A program made the translations under genes and the position numbers. A stretch of DNA of 64,000 bases from a virus (lineage: Duplodnaviria > Caudoviricetes), in IMG/VR virus record IMGVR_UViG_3300033067_002287, positions 971 to 64,970 of that record; one strand, written 5' to 3'. Each line of letters begins with the position of its first letter. Position 1 is the first letter of the stretch. Of this stretch, positions 1 through 10,078 are shown one piece after another. The notes below the pieces were generated by a model. That model was not told the origin of the DNA. It ran no database searches and saw only the letters and a program-made list of their open reading frames with translations.

Positions 1-702
1 TTAGAGAATTTTGATGAATGGTGTAAAAACAATCTAGTTAGACATCAAATAATTAAAATTGATGGAATTACCGAATTATTAAATTCATCACTAGTAGAAG
101 GTGGACAAGATGTGCCTGAAGGTCACTATGAAAAAGAAAATATGAAAGAAACTGTTGTTCCCAACAGAAATAAAATATTTTCCTCACTGATACAAGCGGT
201 CGCTTTATCGTTAGCAACTAAAAATAAAACCAAATGTATAATAGCAATGGGGATTCACGCTGGTGATCATGCAATATATCCTGATTGCCGCCAAGATTTC
301 AGAGACGCTGATTTTACAGCATTTCAAATAGGCAACTGGGATTCAGAATATGTTAGTATGTATACTCCTTATCTTTATGTAAACAAATACGGTATTCTAT
401 ATGATGGTATTAGATGCTGTGATGAATTAGGATTAGACTTTGATGAAGTATACAAACGTACTAATACAAGTTATAAACCAATTTTGATACAAAATCTACC
501 AGCTAAATCTCTAACCGGAGAAACAATGGGATACTCAGCCTGGTTTTCTGACTACAAATCAGCTTCATCTGTAGAAAGAATAGAAGCATTCCTAAAATTA
601 GGACGCCCTGATCCTGTAGCTTATGCTGATGAAACAGGCCCCGTATCTTGGGAAGTAGCTAAAGCGCATGTTGAACATGTACTAGCTGAACATGTCGTTT
701 AA
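1..702 (+). CDS. queC: 7-cyano-7-deazaguanine synthase QueC (5'-truncated by window edge)
   Basis: Frame open from base 1; motifs TVVPNRN, GIHAGDHAIYPDCR and C-terminal ERIEAF...DP. Confidence 0.92.
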   Translation, partial: LENFDEWCKNNLVRHQIIKIDGITELLNSSLVEGGQDVPEGHYEKENMKETVVPNRNKIFSSLIQAVALSLATKNKTKCIIAMGIHAGDHAIYPDCRQDFRDADFTAFQIGNWDSEYVSMYTPYLYVNKYGILYDGIRCCDELGLDFDEVYKRTNTSYKPILIQNLPAKSLTGETMGYSAWFSDYKSASSVERIEAFLKLGRPDPVAYADETGPVSWEVAKAHVEHVLAEHVV

Positions 703-732
703 AAAATTCTTTTTTTTTCAAAATTTTTTTCT

Positions 733-740
733 TATCTTTA
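733..740 (+). promoter_or_regulatory. Putative Bacteroidota-like -7 promoter element (TAnnTTTA) preceded by TCAAA and a T-run
   Basis: TATCTTTA in the intergenic region upstream of the 760 ORF. The same architecture recurs near 9055, 26458, 27070, 34778, 46523, 52260 and 59297. Confidence 0.5.
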
Positions 741-759
741 ATATACAACTTTAAATTTT

Positions 760-978
760 ATGAAGTTAAACAAAACAGCCAAACTAACGTTCTATCAAGC
801 AAGAACAAGAAAAGGTGATTTGGATAGATTATCGGAAATGACTAATTATTCAAAGTCTCACATCTGCAATATTCTTTCTGGACGTAGAAACGTAAACGAT
901 CCTATTGCTAGTGCAATGTATCGTATCTCAAGAAACAGAGCAAAAAATACAGAAATAGTGAAATACTATTCTGCCTAA
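760..978 (+). CDS. Helix-turn-helix (XRE-like) DNA-binding protein
   Basis: LSEMTNYSKSHICNILSGRR resembles an HTH. Confidence 0.6.
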   Translation: MKLNKTAKLTFYQARTRKGDLDRLSEMTNYSKSHICNILSGRRNVNDPIASAMYRISRNRAKNTEIVKYYSA

Positions 979-998
979 ATGTTCTTTTTCCAAAATAT

Positions 999-1024
999 AA
1001 CATCCCCCAAAAGGGGATGTTTTT
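999..1024 (+). terminator. Intrinsic terminator
   Basis: AACATCCCC-loop-GGGGATGTT followed by a T-run. Confidence 0.75.
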
Positions 1025-1043
1025 CTTTTCTAAAACTTTAATT

Positions 1044-1400
1044 ATGAAATACAAATTCAAAACAGGCGCATGCGTTGAAGGCTCCGCCGAACAAATCCTA
1101 GCAATCGCAAAGTCTCTAGGTGAAACAGTCGATTTAACAAAATTGGAAGGAGAAATTCCAAGAGGGTATTACTTATCCGAAAAAAATGGTTTAATTGAGA
1201 TTAAGGGTATGCCTGATATGCATATTCGAAATGCTTTACTAAAAAGAAGTAAGACATTTTACGAAACTTTATCAAGCAAACATCGAAGTCTCTCTAATGA
1301 GAGCTTCACAAAAGAATTTGTCTCCCTAGGAGAAGATTCTGTTGTAGTAGATTTATTTAGTGAACTTTCTAAACGTAAAAAGTTAGAAAAAATATCTTAA
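1044..1400 (+). CDS. Hypothetical protein
   Basis: Start moved to ATG 1044 because the ORF-track start at 1017 lies inside the terminator. Confidence 0.7.
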   Translation: MKYKFKTGACVEGSAEQILAIAKSLGETVDLTKLEGEIPRGYYLSEKNGLIEIKGMPDMHIRNALLKRSKTFYETLSSKHRSLSNESFTKEFVSLGEDSVVVDLFSELSKRKKLEKIS

Positions 1401-1420
1401 TCCTCAAAAACATTTAAATT

Positions 1421-2548
1421 ATGGAAATAGTAATATCATTTGATGACACAGGTTCAATGTCATCATGTAGAGCACAGGTACGTAGAAGTATCAAAGAATT
1501 AGTTGATGAACTTTTTAAATTAGATCCTGCAACAAGGATAGGAATTATTATTCACGGAGATTATTGTGATAGGGATACAATCCAACACATTGATCTTACC
1601 AATGACCGAAAAATAATTGAAAAGTTTATTAATTGGAGTGGACAAACAGGTGGAGGTGATGCTGATGAGTGTTATGAGTTAGCAATTAACTATATGCACT
1701 CTAAATTTTCATGGACTGAAGGAGAAAATAAAGTAGCAATTTTAATTGGAGATTGCCACCCACACCAAGTAGGATACAAATACGGAAGCTTTACAAACAA
1801 GTTAAATTGGAAAGAGGAAGTTTCCAAGTGTATGGAAAATGGAATCAAAGTCTACCCAGTTCAAGCTCTCCACTATTACAAAGGAAGTTTCTTTTATAAT
1901 GGAATAGCTAAAATGTGTGGAACCCCTAAATTAGATTTAATGCAATTTGCCCATATTACACAATATATAACGGCAATTGCTTATCAAGAGGGAGGAAAAC
2001 TAGAAGAATATGAATCTTCTAGTGAAGAATTTAAAACAAACAATTCCCTAAAAAGAATGTTTTCTCGTCTTAAGGGAATTATTGTATCTGAAGAATTTGA
2101 AGAGGATGAAGAAGAATATTACTCTGGGGGTAGAACATCTAGAACTAGATCTACTAAAGATTATGGTTCTGGAGATGGAACAGCTACAATAGATATTGAA
2201 TCTAGATTCCAGGTACTAGAAGTAGGAACCTCACCTCGAGTAATAAAAGAATTCGTAGAAGATAATGGGGCTACATTTAAGAAAGGACGTGGATTTTATC
2301 AATTTATTTTAACTGAAACTATTCAAGAAAATAAAGAAGTTTTAATGGTTGATAAGGCTACAGGAGAAACTAAATCAGATACAGTATGGTGTAGAAAACA
2401 AATTGGTGTTCCTTTAGGAACAAGAGGTCGTGTTAATCCTAAAACACTTGACTGTGCTAAAAAGTATGATATATTCATACAATCAACTTCATATAATAGA
2501 AAATTAGATCCAAATACTAAATTTCTATATGAACTAGATCATAAGTAA
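1421..2548 (+). CDS. von Willebrand factor A (VWA) domain protein
   Basis: N-terminal MIDAS motif DDTGSMS, GGGDADECYE, ILIGD. Confidence 0.85.
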   Translation: MEIVISFDDTGSMSSCRAQVRRSIKELVDELFKLDPATRIGIIIHGDYCDRDTIQHIDLTNDRKIIEKFINWSGQTGGGDADECYELAINYMHSKFSWTEGENKVAILIGDCHPHQVGYKYGSFTNKLNWKEEVSKCMENGIKVYPVQALHYYKGSFFYNGIAKMCGTPKLDLMQFAHITQYITAIAYQEGGKLEEYESSSEEFKTNNSLKRMFSRLKGIIVSEEFEEDEEEYYSGGRTSRTRSTKDYGSGDGTATIDIESRFQVLEVGTSPRVIKEFVEDNGATFKKGRGFYQFILTETIQENKEVLMVDKATGETKSDTVWCRKQIGVPLGTRGRVNPKTLDCAKKYDIFIQSTSYNRKLDPNTKFLYELDHK

Positions 2549-2579
2549 AACGTGACCGGTTTTGCTATTACTTAAACTT

Positions 2580-2608
2580 AAGCTCCCATTTTGCAAGATG
2601 GGGGCTTT
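2580..2608 (+). terminator. Intrinsic terminator-like hairpin
   Basis: AAGCTCCCATTTT-GCAA-GATGGGGGCTTT. Confidence 0.6.
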
Positions 2609-2629
2609 CGTAGTTGAAAAATAAAATTT

Positions 2630-2830
2630 ATGAAAACAATATTCAAAAATGGAGAGTACGAAAGAGTACCCGATGAAGTAGCTGAAAATGCTGTAAAGCA
2701 TAAAGGTTTTAAATATGTCTCTAAATCAGAGTGGAAAATAAATACACGTCCTGTATTAGAACTTAAGGAAGAGGAACCTAAAGTAGAAAAAGAAACTAAA
2801 AAGTCTTACCAGAAAAAGAAAAAATCATAG
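2630..2830 (+). CDS. Hypothetical protein
   Basis: Compact ORF with an AT-rich leader, in the operon. Confidence 0.6.
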   Translation: MKTIFKNGEYERVPDEVAENAVKHKGFKYVSKSEWKINTRPVLELKEEEPKVEKETKKSYQKKKKS

Positions 2831-2833
2831 GTT

Positions 2834-3109
2834 ATGAGAGTTATTTGTATTGAAACCAAATACTGGTATCCTACTAAATATATTTCTGTAGAAAAAGGAA
2901 AAGTATACCATGTAACTAAAGCAGAAACTTTTTCCCAACCTTGGACAAATATTAAACATCCAGGTGTTACGTTTATGGAAGGTACATGGTACGAACTTCT
3001 AGAAATAGAAGGTATACATCACTCAGAAGCATTTCTAGAAATACCAGATGATTCTGAAGAAATAGAAAAATTTAAAATAAATGAACCCGAACAAACTATT
3101 AATATCTGA
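2834..3109 (+). CDS. Hypothetical protein
   Basis: Tightly packed ORF. Confidence 0.55.
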   Translation: MRVICIETKYWYPTKYISVEKGKVYHVTKAETFSQPWTNIKHPGVTFMEGTWYELLEIEGIHHSEAFLEIPDDSEEIEKFKINEPEQTINI

Positions 3110-3905
3110 GGATTTTTACTCAGTTCAATGTGAAGGAATCTCAAGTGGGGTACCTTCATATTTTGTGCGTCTTGCTAATTGTAATTTATCGTGTGGGGCA
3201 ACTCCTGCATTTGTAAATAAATTCAAAAAAGATGAAGTGGATTTCGACCCAGGAACTTTTAGAGGGGATCTCCATGCTAAAGGAGATGCAACCTGGACAT
3301 GTGATACTATTCCCGTATGGGCTAAAGGTACAGAACGTGATTTTCAATATCTTATAGATAGGTGGAAAGAACAAGGAATATATAATGATATAATGTCTGG
3401 TTTAATCCATATTGTGTGGACAGGTGGAGAACCTACTCTACCTAAGCATCAAGAATCTATCTATAATTTTTTCAAATATTGGTTTGAAAATGAAGATGAA
3501 CCCATTTTTTCTTTTAAAGAAATTGAAACTAATGGAACGTGTTATATTGAATATCCATTATTTGAGAATTTTATTAATCAAATCAACTGTTCTCCTAAAC
3601 TTTCTAATTCGGGAATGCCTGAAAGTAAACGTATAATTCCATTCGCCATACAACGTATAATGGAACACCCAAATTATCAATTCAAATTTGTTATATCAAC
3701 AGAAGATGATATTAAGGAAATTTTTGATTCCTTTATCACAAAATTTTCAATACCTTTAAGTAAAGTAGTTTGTATGCCTGGCTTAGATGATCAAAAAGAC
3801 TTTCATGAAAGAACAAGATTTGTTCTTGAAATGGCTAAGAAATACAAATTTATTGGATTAACACGCTTACATATAAGTGCGTGGGATAAAACAACAGGAG
3901 TATAA
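3081..3905 (+). CDS. queE: 7-carboxy-7-deazaguanine synthase QueE (radical SAM)
   Basis: FYSVQCEG, FVRLANCNLSC...WTCDT (split CxxxC..C motif), TGGEPTL, ETNGT, CSPKL. Confidence 0.9.
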   Translation: MNPNKLLISEDFYSVQCEGISSGVPSYFVRLANCNLSCGATPAFVNKFKKDEVDFDPGTFRGDLHAKGDATWTCDTIPVWAKGTERDFQYLIDRWKEQGIYNDIMSGLIHIVWTGGEPTLPKHQESIYNFFKYWFENEDEPIFSFKEIETNGTCYIEYPLFENFINQINCSPKLSNSGMPESKRIIPFAIQRIMEHPNYQFKFVISTEDDIKEIFDSFITKFSIPLSKVVCMPGLDDQKDFHERTRFVLEMAKKYKFIGLTRLHISAWDKTTGV

Positions 3906-3907
3906 GA

Positions 3908-4636
3908 ATGGAAAATAAACGTAGAAAACTAATTGATATTAATGAACTAGAGTTAGCACAACCTGGATGCGCAAATGGTATATCCACTCAACTAAATTCA
4001 CTAATAAAAAATGGAGAACATAGATCTCTAAACGAAAGTGAAAAAGATTCTATTATCCAGAAAGCAGCAGAAGCTTATGGATTATTTTTATCATCTCTAG
4101 GAGTAGATTGGGAAAATGATCCTAATAGCATGGAAACTCCAATGAGAGTAGCTAAAGCATATGTAAATGATCTTTGGAGAGGGAGATATGAAATACCAAC
4201 TGATATAACATCATTTCCATCAGATGGATATGCTGGGATAATTCTAGAAAGAGATATTCCTGTTATTAGTATGTGCTCTCACCACCATCAAGCTATTTTA
4301 GGTAAAGCACATATTGCCTATATTCCAGGACCTGGAAAAAAAGTAATAGGTTTATCTAAATTAAATAGATTAGTTGAACATTTTGCTCATAGGGGCGCCA
4401 TACAAGAACAACTTACAATGGCCATACATAATGCTATTAATAAGGTTGTTGAGGAAAATCAAGGTGTAATGGTTATTATACATTCGTTTCATAACTGTGT
4501 GTCGTGTAGAGGAGTAAGACATATTGGGTCATCAATGATGACAAGTGAAACATCAGGAGTATTTTCTGACCATACAAGAACAGCTAAACAAGAAGTACTA
4601 GACCTTTTAAAACTTCCTCTAGATGGATATAAGTAA
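3908..4636 (+). CDS. folE: GTP cyclohydrolase I
   Basis: ETPMRVAK, SMCSHHH, IGLSKLNR, QEQLT, HNCVSCRGV. Confidence 0.95.
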   Translation: MENKRRKLIDINELELAQPGCANGISTQLNSLIKNGEHRSLNESEKDSIIQKAAEAYGLFLSSLGVDWENDPNSMETPMRVAKAYVNDLWRGRYEIPTDITSFPSDGYAGIILERDIPVISMCSHHHQAILGKAHIAYIPGPGKKVIGLSKLNRLVEHFAHRGAIQEQLTMAIHNAINKVVEENQGVMVIIHSFHNCVSCRGVRHIGSSMMTSETSGVFSDHTRTAKQEVLDLLKLPLDGYK

Positions 4637-4907
4637 AAAAAGATATGGTGATAAGATGCTATCGGGTATTGATCTAGCAAAAAATTTCCAATTTAGTATG
4701 AAATATGTAAACTTTGAACCTAGTATATTCAAATCAGGTTTATTTCCATCATCTTATCTAACTGCTAGTTATGGGTATTTTCGTAATAGATTTATTAGAA
4801 GAATGATTTTGAATAGAAATAAACGTTTTAAATTTAAAAAATTTCTTATTGTAAAAAACATATATAAACATCGTTTTATAGTAAAAGTAATAAAATGCCG
4901 AATCTAG
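4623..4907 (+). CDS. Small Lys/Arg-rich hypothetical protein (paralog 1 of 3)
   Basis: Overlapping start/stop with neighbours; NRFIRR...FKFKK motif. Confidence 0.45.
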   Translation: MDISKKRYGDKMLSGIDLAKNFQFSMKYVNFEPSIFKSGLFPSSYLTASYGYFRNRFIRRMILNRNKRFKFKKFLIVKNIYKHRFIVKVIKCRI

Positions 4908-5155
4908 AAAACAAACCATACCGTAATAATGGTAATATAACCATTAGTCTTAAAAAGAATTTTAAACTTGAAATTTATAATCTTTATAAAAATGGAGAAA
5001 AAAGTAAAGTCTTTGATAAAGTAACAATTAAAAATAAACTTTTAAGAAGAATATTACGTTTTAATAAAAAACAAATGAAATTTAGTTTAGGAGAAGTTTA
5101 TGTAAAAAATACAGTAAATAAGATAGTAAAAGTAAAAATAGTAAAATGTTTTTAG
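4895..5155 (+). CDS. Small Lys/Arg-rich hypothetical protein (paralog 2 of 3)
   Basis: NKLLRR...MKF motif. Confidence 0.45.
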   Translation: MPNLENKPYRNNGNITISLKKNFKLEIYNLYKNGEKSKVFDKVTIKNKLLRRILRFNKKQMKFSLGEVYVKNTVNKIVKVKIVKCF

Positions 5156-5391
5156 ATCGAAAAACCCAGAATTCATTTACAATAAAATTTACAATAAAAT
5201 ATTGTATATATGATGAAACATGGGTAAAATTAAATAGAATATCGGAATTTAATTTTAAATGTGATACTTTGTATGGAGCAAATAAATTAATTAGAAGATT
5301 TCTTTCTCTAAGTAAGAGAACTTTTAAATTTAAAAAATTAATACTATATAAGCATAAAAGTAATAAAATATATTTAATGACAGTAAAATGA
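5146..5391 (+). CDS. Small Lys/Arg-rich hypothetical protein (paralog 3 of 3)
   Basis: NKLIRR...FKFKK motif; ATGA overlap with the next gene. Confidence 0.45.
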   Translation: MFLDRKTQNSFTIKFTIKYCIYDETWVKLNRISEFNFKCDTLYGANKLIRRFLSLSKRTFKFKKLILYKHKSNKIYLMTVK

Positions 5392-5903
5392 TAATAACAG
5401 GAAAAACAATAGAAGAAAAATATTTAGACAGTAATAGTAATTATTGTAAAGTAAATCAAGTAGGAATTGATTTATCTGTTTCTAAAATTGAAAAAATAAA
5501 AGGAAAAGTTTTAGTTTTAAAAAATAAAACTATAGTAAAGAAAGAGGCATTTGAGGAAATTTCCCCTGAATCATTTTATGTACCCGATGAAGATAATTGG
5601 GTATATGGGTGGGACCTTGAAGAAGGAGCATATGCACTAACCTTTAATGAAGGTATAAAAATACCTGCGGATAAAACAGGATTTATTCAGTCTCGTTCCT
5701 CAATATATAGAGGAGGATCATTAATATCATCCCCTGTTTGGGACCCTGGATTTGAAACTAAAATAATGGGTACAACAATGATAACGGAAGTTCCTATTTT
5801 TATAGAACAAAATGCAAGAGTAGGACAATTTTTTATGCATGAAAACCACACACCCGACGAATTATATAACGGTCAATTTCAAAATAAAACAAACTATGAG
5901 TAA
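5388..5903 (+). CDS. Trimeric dUTPase / dCTP deaminase family protein
   Basis: GIDL, SRSS, WDPGF, RVGQF, YNGQFQ motifs. Confidence 0.85.
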   Translation: MIITGKTIEEKYLDSNSNYCKVNQVGIDLSVSKIEKIKGKVLVLKNKTIVKKEAFEEISPESFYVPDEDNWVYGWDLEEGAYALTFNEGIKIPADKTGFIQSRSSIYRGGSLISSPVWDPGFETKIMGTTMITEVPIFIEQNARVGQFFMHENHTPDELYNGQFQNKTNYE

Positions 5904-6213
5904 GAAAACGTTTAAATTAGAATCGGAACATTTGTTTTGTCCTTCATGTAAATCTCGTCTAGATGCTGCAACAGCAGTAAATGAAGCAGAAGATGATTTT
6001 TCTTCCCCCCAAGAAGGGGATTTTTCTATTTGTCTAGAATGTGGAGAAGTTTTGGTATTTTGTGACCAAGACCACAACATGTTTTATAAATTAGCTTCTA
6101 AAGAAAATTTAGATGAACTTTTACTAGAATCCCCAGCAACCTATAATCAGATGGTTAGAGTAAGTAAATATCTTAAAGAACGAAAAAATAATGTATCAAT
6201 CAGTATACTATGA
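5896..6213 (+). CDS. Zinc-ribbon hypothetical protein
   Basis: CPSC...CLEC; likely start ATG 5896. Confidence 0.6.
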   Translation: MSKKTFKLESEHLFCPSCKSRLDAATAVNEAEDDFSSPQEGDFSICLECGEVLVFCDQDHNMFYKLASKENLDELLLESPATYNQMVRVSKYLKERKNNVSISIL

Positions 6214-8782
6214 TTATCCAACCAAAACATACTTTTTAAGAGATGATAAAAAAGGTTGGATTAATTTCCAACACCAACAAATATTTTATAAGAGAGTTTC
6301 TAGTCAAACACCAAATTCTTTACCTGTTTTAACAGGAGGATGGGCTGAACCTACTAAACAATACGATAAGTATGACCCTAATCTTTTAGAAAAAGATATA
6401 AATAAAGAAATCTTAATTTTAAGAGATTTATACTACAAGAATGATGATGAAATTCCTTCATACCAAAATATTTTATTTCTTGACATAGAAACTGAAATGG
6501 GAGGGGCTCTTACGCCTGAATATATAAAAAGTGCTCCCATGCCTTTTACATCTATATCTATTATAGATAAGACATTAAAACAAAAAATATGTTTTGTAAT
6601 AGATAAGACCAATAAAATTAAAGAGGTATCTGAACAGGATAAAATTATTATTCCTTGTAAAGATGAAAAAGATTTAATCTATAAATTTTTAGAAAAATGG
6701 GAAGAATGTGATCCCACCATAGTAAGTACTTGGAATGGTGATTATTTTGATATTCCCTATCTATATTATAGAATATCTAAACTTTTAGGGGTAGAAGTAG
6801 CTAATAAACTTTCACCTTTAGGAAAGATTAACGTACAAGAATATGGTCAAAATTCTACTGTAAAAATAGCAGGTATTAATCATTTGGATTATATGTTGCT
6901 CTTTAAAAAATATATAATGAAGGAAGAACCTTCATATAAGTTAAAGGATATTGGACCTAAGTACGCTGAATTAGAAAAAATTGAATTTGAGGGTAACTTA
7001 AATCAACTCTTTGAAAAGGATATTCATTTATTTATAGAATATAACTTACGAGACGTAGAAATTCTAGAAGAACTAGAAAATAGACTAAAATTCATAGATT
7101 TATCTATACTTATAAGTCATATCTGTAATATTCCTTATGAAAGTATTTACTTTAATACAGTAATGAATGAAGGAGCTATTTTAAAATTCTTAAAGAGATT
7201 AAATATAGTTTCTCCAAATAAACCAACAACTCACAATTTATCTCGGAGAGGAAATGAAGAAAAGTATGCTGGGGGATTTATTAAAGAACCATTTCCCGGT
7301 TTATATTTTGACGTTATGGATTTAGATTTTAAATCTCTATATCCATCTATTATTAAATCACTCAATTTAAGTATTGAAACTTTAATAGGAAGAATTAAAA
7401 CAAAAGATAACTACGAACAAGATCTATCTCTAGAAAAACTACTTGAACGAGATCAAAACGAAACTATAACAGTAGAACGACTAGACAAAATCAATTATAC
7501 CTTAGAATCAGCAGAAATATCAATTGGGCAGCTAATTAATATTATTATTAAAAATAATTATACTATTGCTGCGTCTGGTGCATTTTTTAGAACTGATATC
7601 AGAAGTACAACAGCTACCATTTTAGAAGGATGGTTTAATAAAAGAGAACATTACCGAGAACTTAAGAAAAAAGCAGGTAAAGAAAAGGATTGGGAAAAAT
7701 ATAAATTATTTGACAATTTTCAAATGGCCTTTAAAATTTTACAAAATGCTTTATATGGAACTTATGCTAAAAATGCTTGGAGATATACAGATGGATATAC
7801 TATATGCTCAGCAGCTATAACCAATACAGGTCAACGATTAACTCAAGAATCTATTAATTTCATCAATAACAAGATTAATTTAGAGCTGGGTCAAGATAAA
7901 GATTATGTTTGTATATCTGATACTGATTCAATGTACATCCAAATTGGGGATTTATTAAAAAGTAGATATTCATCTTTAGAAAATAAAGATGAAAAAATAT
8001 TGAAAATTTCAACAGAATTAGAAAATGAAGCAAATTTCTATTTAAATGAACTTTGTATTAAGTTATTTAATATTCCTAAAGGCAAACATTTCTTTGAGCT
8101 TAAACAAGAAGTAATTGTTCAAAGTTTAATTGTCACTGGTAAGCGTAGATATGCTATGTTTATTAGCAATAAGGAAGGAGTAGCAATTCCAAAAGATCAT
8201 AAGGATGCATTAGACCTGAAAGGATTAGAACTAATGAAGTCTAATATGAATAAAAAGTTTAGAACTTTTGGAGAAAATCTTATCAAACAAATTCTATTTG
8301 GGGCTTCTAAAGAAGAAATTGATGTATTGATTATTAACTTTTATAAAGAATTAAAAACTCTTGATATAAAGGAATTAGCTAAACCAACTGGGGTGCAATA
8401 TATATCATCTTATATTAAAAGAACTGCTAAAAGTGGTGAAATATTTAGTGAAACTAAATTAGGAGCACCATCTAACACTAAGGCTGCTGTTAGATATAAT
8501 GATTTACTAAAATTCAAAAAATTAGATAAAAAATTTGAATCAATTGTTGAACAAGATAAAATATATATCGTTAATTTAAAACCAAATCCATATAATATTG
8601 AAACAATAGGCATCCCTAACAATAAAATTCCAGATGACATTTACCAATTTATTAAAGACTATGTTGATATTGAATCAATATTTGAATCTATTCTTTTAAA
8701 TAAATTGAAAGGTTTCTATGAGGATTTAGGATGGACATTTCCAAATTTAAATTCAAAAATTAATAAATTTCTTAAATTTTAA
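6191..8782 (+). CDS. DNA polymerase family B with 3'-5' exonuclease
   Basis: ExoI FLDIETE, ExoII WNGDYFDIPY, ExoIII YNLRD; polymerase motifs DFKSLYPSII, KILQNALYG, SDTDS, KRRY. Confidence 0.96.
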   Translation: MYQSVYYDYPTKTYFLRDDKKGWINFQHQQIFYKRVSSQTPNSLPVLTGGWAEPTKQYDKYDPNLLEKDINKEILILRDLYYKNDDEIPSYQNILFLDIETEMGGALTPEYIKSAPMPFTSISIIDKTLKQKICFVIDKTNKIKEVSEQDKIIIPCKDEKDLIYKFLEKWEECDPTIVSTWNGDYFDIPYLYYRISKLLGVEVANKLSPLGKINVQEYGQNSTVKIAGINHLDYMLLFKKYIMKEEPSYKLKDIGPKYAELEKIEFEGNLNQLFEKDIHLFIEYNLRDVEILEELENRLKFIDLSILISHICNIPYESIYFNTVMNEGAILKFLKRLNIVSPNKPTTHNLSRRGNEEKYAGGFIKEPFPGLYFDVMDLDFKSLYPSIIKSLNLSIETLIGRIKTKDNYEQDLSLEKLLERDQNETITVERLDKINYTLESAEISIGQLINIIIKNNYTIAASGAFFRTDIRSTTATILEGWFNKREHYRELKKKAGKEKDWEKYKLFDNFQMAFKILQNALYGTYAKNAWRYTDGYTICSAAITNTGQRLTQESINFINNKINLELGQDKDYVCISDTDSMYIQIGDLLKSRYSSLENKDEKILKISTELENEANFYLNELCIKLFNIPKGKHFFELKQEVIVQSLIVTGKRRYAMFISNKEGVAIPKDHKDALDLKGLELMKSNMNKKFRTFGENLIKQILFGASKEEIDVLIINFYKELKTLDIKELAKPTGVQYISSYIKRTAKSGEIFSETKLGAPSNTKAAVRYNDLLKFKKLDKKFESIVEQDKIYIVNLKPNPYNIETIGIPNNKIPDDIYQFIKDYVDIESIFESILLNKLKGFYEDLGWTFPNLNSKINKFLKF

Positions 8783-8786
8783 TCAC

Positions 8787-9038
8787 ATGGTAAGAATGAC
8801 TGTAAAAAAAGAAAAAAAAGAAATTTGGGTAAACCAAGCAATTTTTATTATGGATGAAGCAGGAAATGTAACTGAGGAAATTCCTATTGATATTAGAATT
8901 ACTATAAAGAATAATATTTCTGAAGAGAATGAACTAAGATTAGTTAGACTAGCTAAGCGGGATTTAAATAAAACAATAGTATTAAATTACCCAGCTAAGC
9001 AAATTATTCCTAAAAAACCGTGGTGGAAATTTTGGTAG
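8787..9038 (+). CDS. Hypothetical protein
   Basis: ORF ending KKPWWKFW. Confidence 0.55.
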   Translation: MVRMTVKKEKKEIWVNQAIFIMDEAGNVTEEIPIDIRITIKNNISEENELRLVRLAKRDLNKTIVLNYPAKQIIPKKPWWKFW

Positions 9039-9066
9039 GTCAAAATTTCTTTCTTAATTTTATACA

Positions 9067-9774
9067 ATGAAAAAGTTATATTTAATAAGTGTTATAGAAA
9101 AATATTACCTAAATGGACAGACTGAAAAGGTTAAGTGGAGTTTCAAAAACAATGTTCTAAGTATTAAATTTATAAGCAAGGATAAAAATATTATGGGAGA
9201 AATATTAGCTCCTTGTGAAATGGAAAACTGTGAAATAGGAGTCTTTTTTACATCTCAACTAAAAAAGATTCTATCTATTTTAGATAAACTTATTTCAATA
9301 AAAATCCACAAGGAAAATAATATTCCCCTTAAACTTAATATTGAAGACTCGAATTATAGCATGGAATATGTGTTAGCAGATTTAAGTCTAATTTCTAGAC
9401 TCCCCAGACTAGAAGAACCTAAGAAATATGAAATAGAAGCCAATATTTCACTAGAAATGATTAATAACTTCTTAAGAGCATCGAAAGTTTCAGAAGCTGA
9501 ACTTTTTACAGTAGAAACCTCTAATAAAGAACTAAAACTCATTATAGGAGGTTATGAAAAATTTACAAACAAAATAAGCTTTAACATTCCTACGTTATCA
9601 GAAACGAACACTTTTCCTATTAAATTTCCTCTAAAAGAATTTAGAGACATATTAGAGGCTAACACTGATCTTAGTGAAGGAAAAGTTCTAATATCTGAAG
9701 AAGGACTAATGAAAATTAAATTTTCTTCAGAAGAAAAAATAATATCTAATTACATATTAGTTGGAAAAGAATAA
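9067..9774 (+). CDS. Sliding clamp (T4 gp45/PCNA-like)
   Basis: Size, beta-rich pattern, C-terminal ISEEGLMKIKF...YILV, and position next to the polymerase and clamp loader. Confidence 0.7.
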   Translation: MKKLYLISVIEKYYLNGQTEKVKWSFKNNVLSIKFISKDKNIMGEILAPCEMENCEIGVFFTSQLKKILSILDKLISIKIHKENNIPLKLNIEDSNYSMEYVLADLSLISRLPRLEEPKKYEIEANISLEMINNFLRASKVSEAELFTVETSNKELKLIIGGYEKFTNKISFNIPTLSETNTFPIKFPLKEFRDILEANTDLSEGKVLISEEGLMKIKFSSEEKIISNYILVGKE

Positions 9775-9786
9775 AAATAAATAAAA

Positions 9787-10077
9787 ATGAAGATTACACC
9801 AAAACATAATAACGTTTTAATTAAACAAATTGAAGAGTCAGAAAAAATGTATGGATCTATTATTGTACCCGATACAGGTAAAGAAAAACCTTTAATGGGA
9901 GAAGTAATAGCTGTAGGACCTGGAATTAGAACTATTACAGGGGTATGGGTAGATAATGAAACTAAAGTAGGTGAAATAGTAGCATTTCCTGCTTTTGGTG
10001 GTCAAAAAATGACCGTAAAAGGAGAAGAATTCTTTATTTATAAAGACACTGATATACTAGCTCAAATTGAAGAATAA
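9787..10077 (+). CDS. groES: Co-chaperonin GroES
   Basis: P.HNNVLI, IIVPDTGKEKP, GEVIAVGPG, DILA. Confidence 0.95.
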   Translation: MKITPKHNNVLIKQIEESEKMYGSIIVPDTGKEKPLMGEVIAVGPGIRTITGVWVDNETKVGEIVAFPAFGGQKMTVKGEEFFIYKDTDILAQIEE

Positions 10078-10078
10078 T

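Noticed and set aside
6191-8782. Intein or intron in the DNA polymerase
   Set aside because: The length of 863 aa and the motif spacing are normal, with no intein splice motifs.
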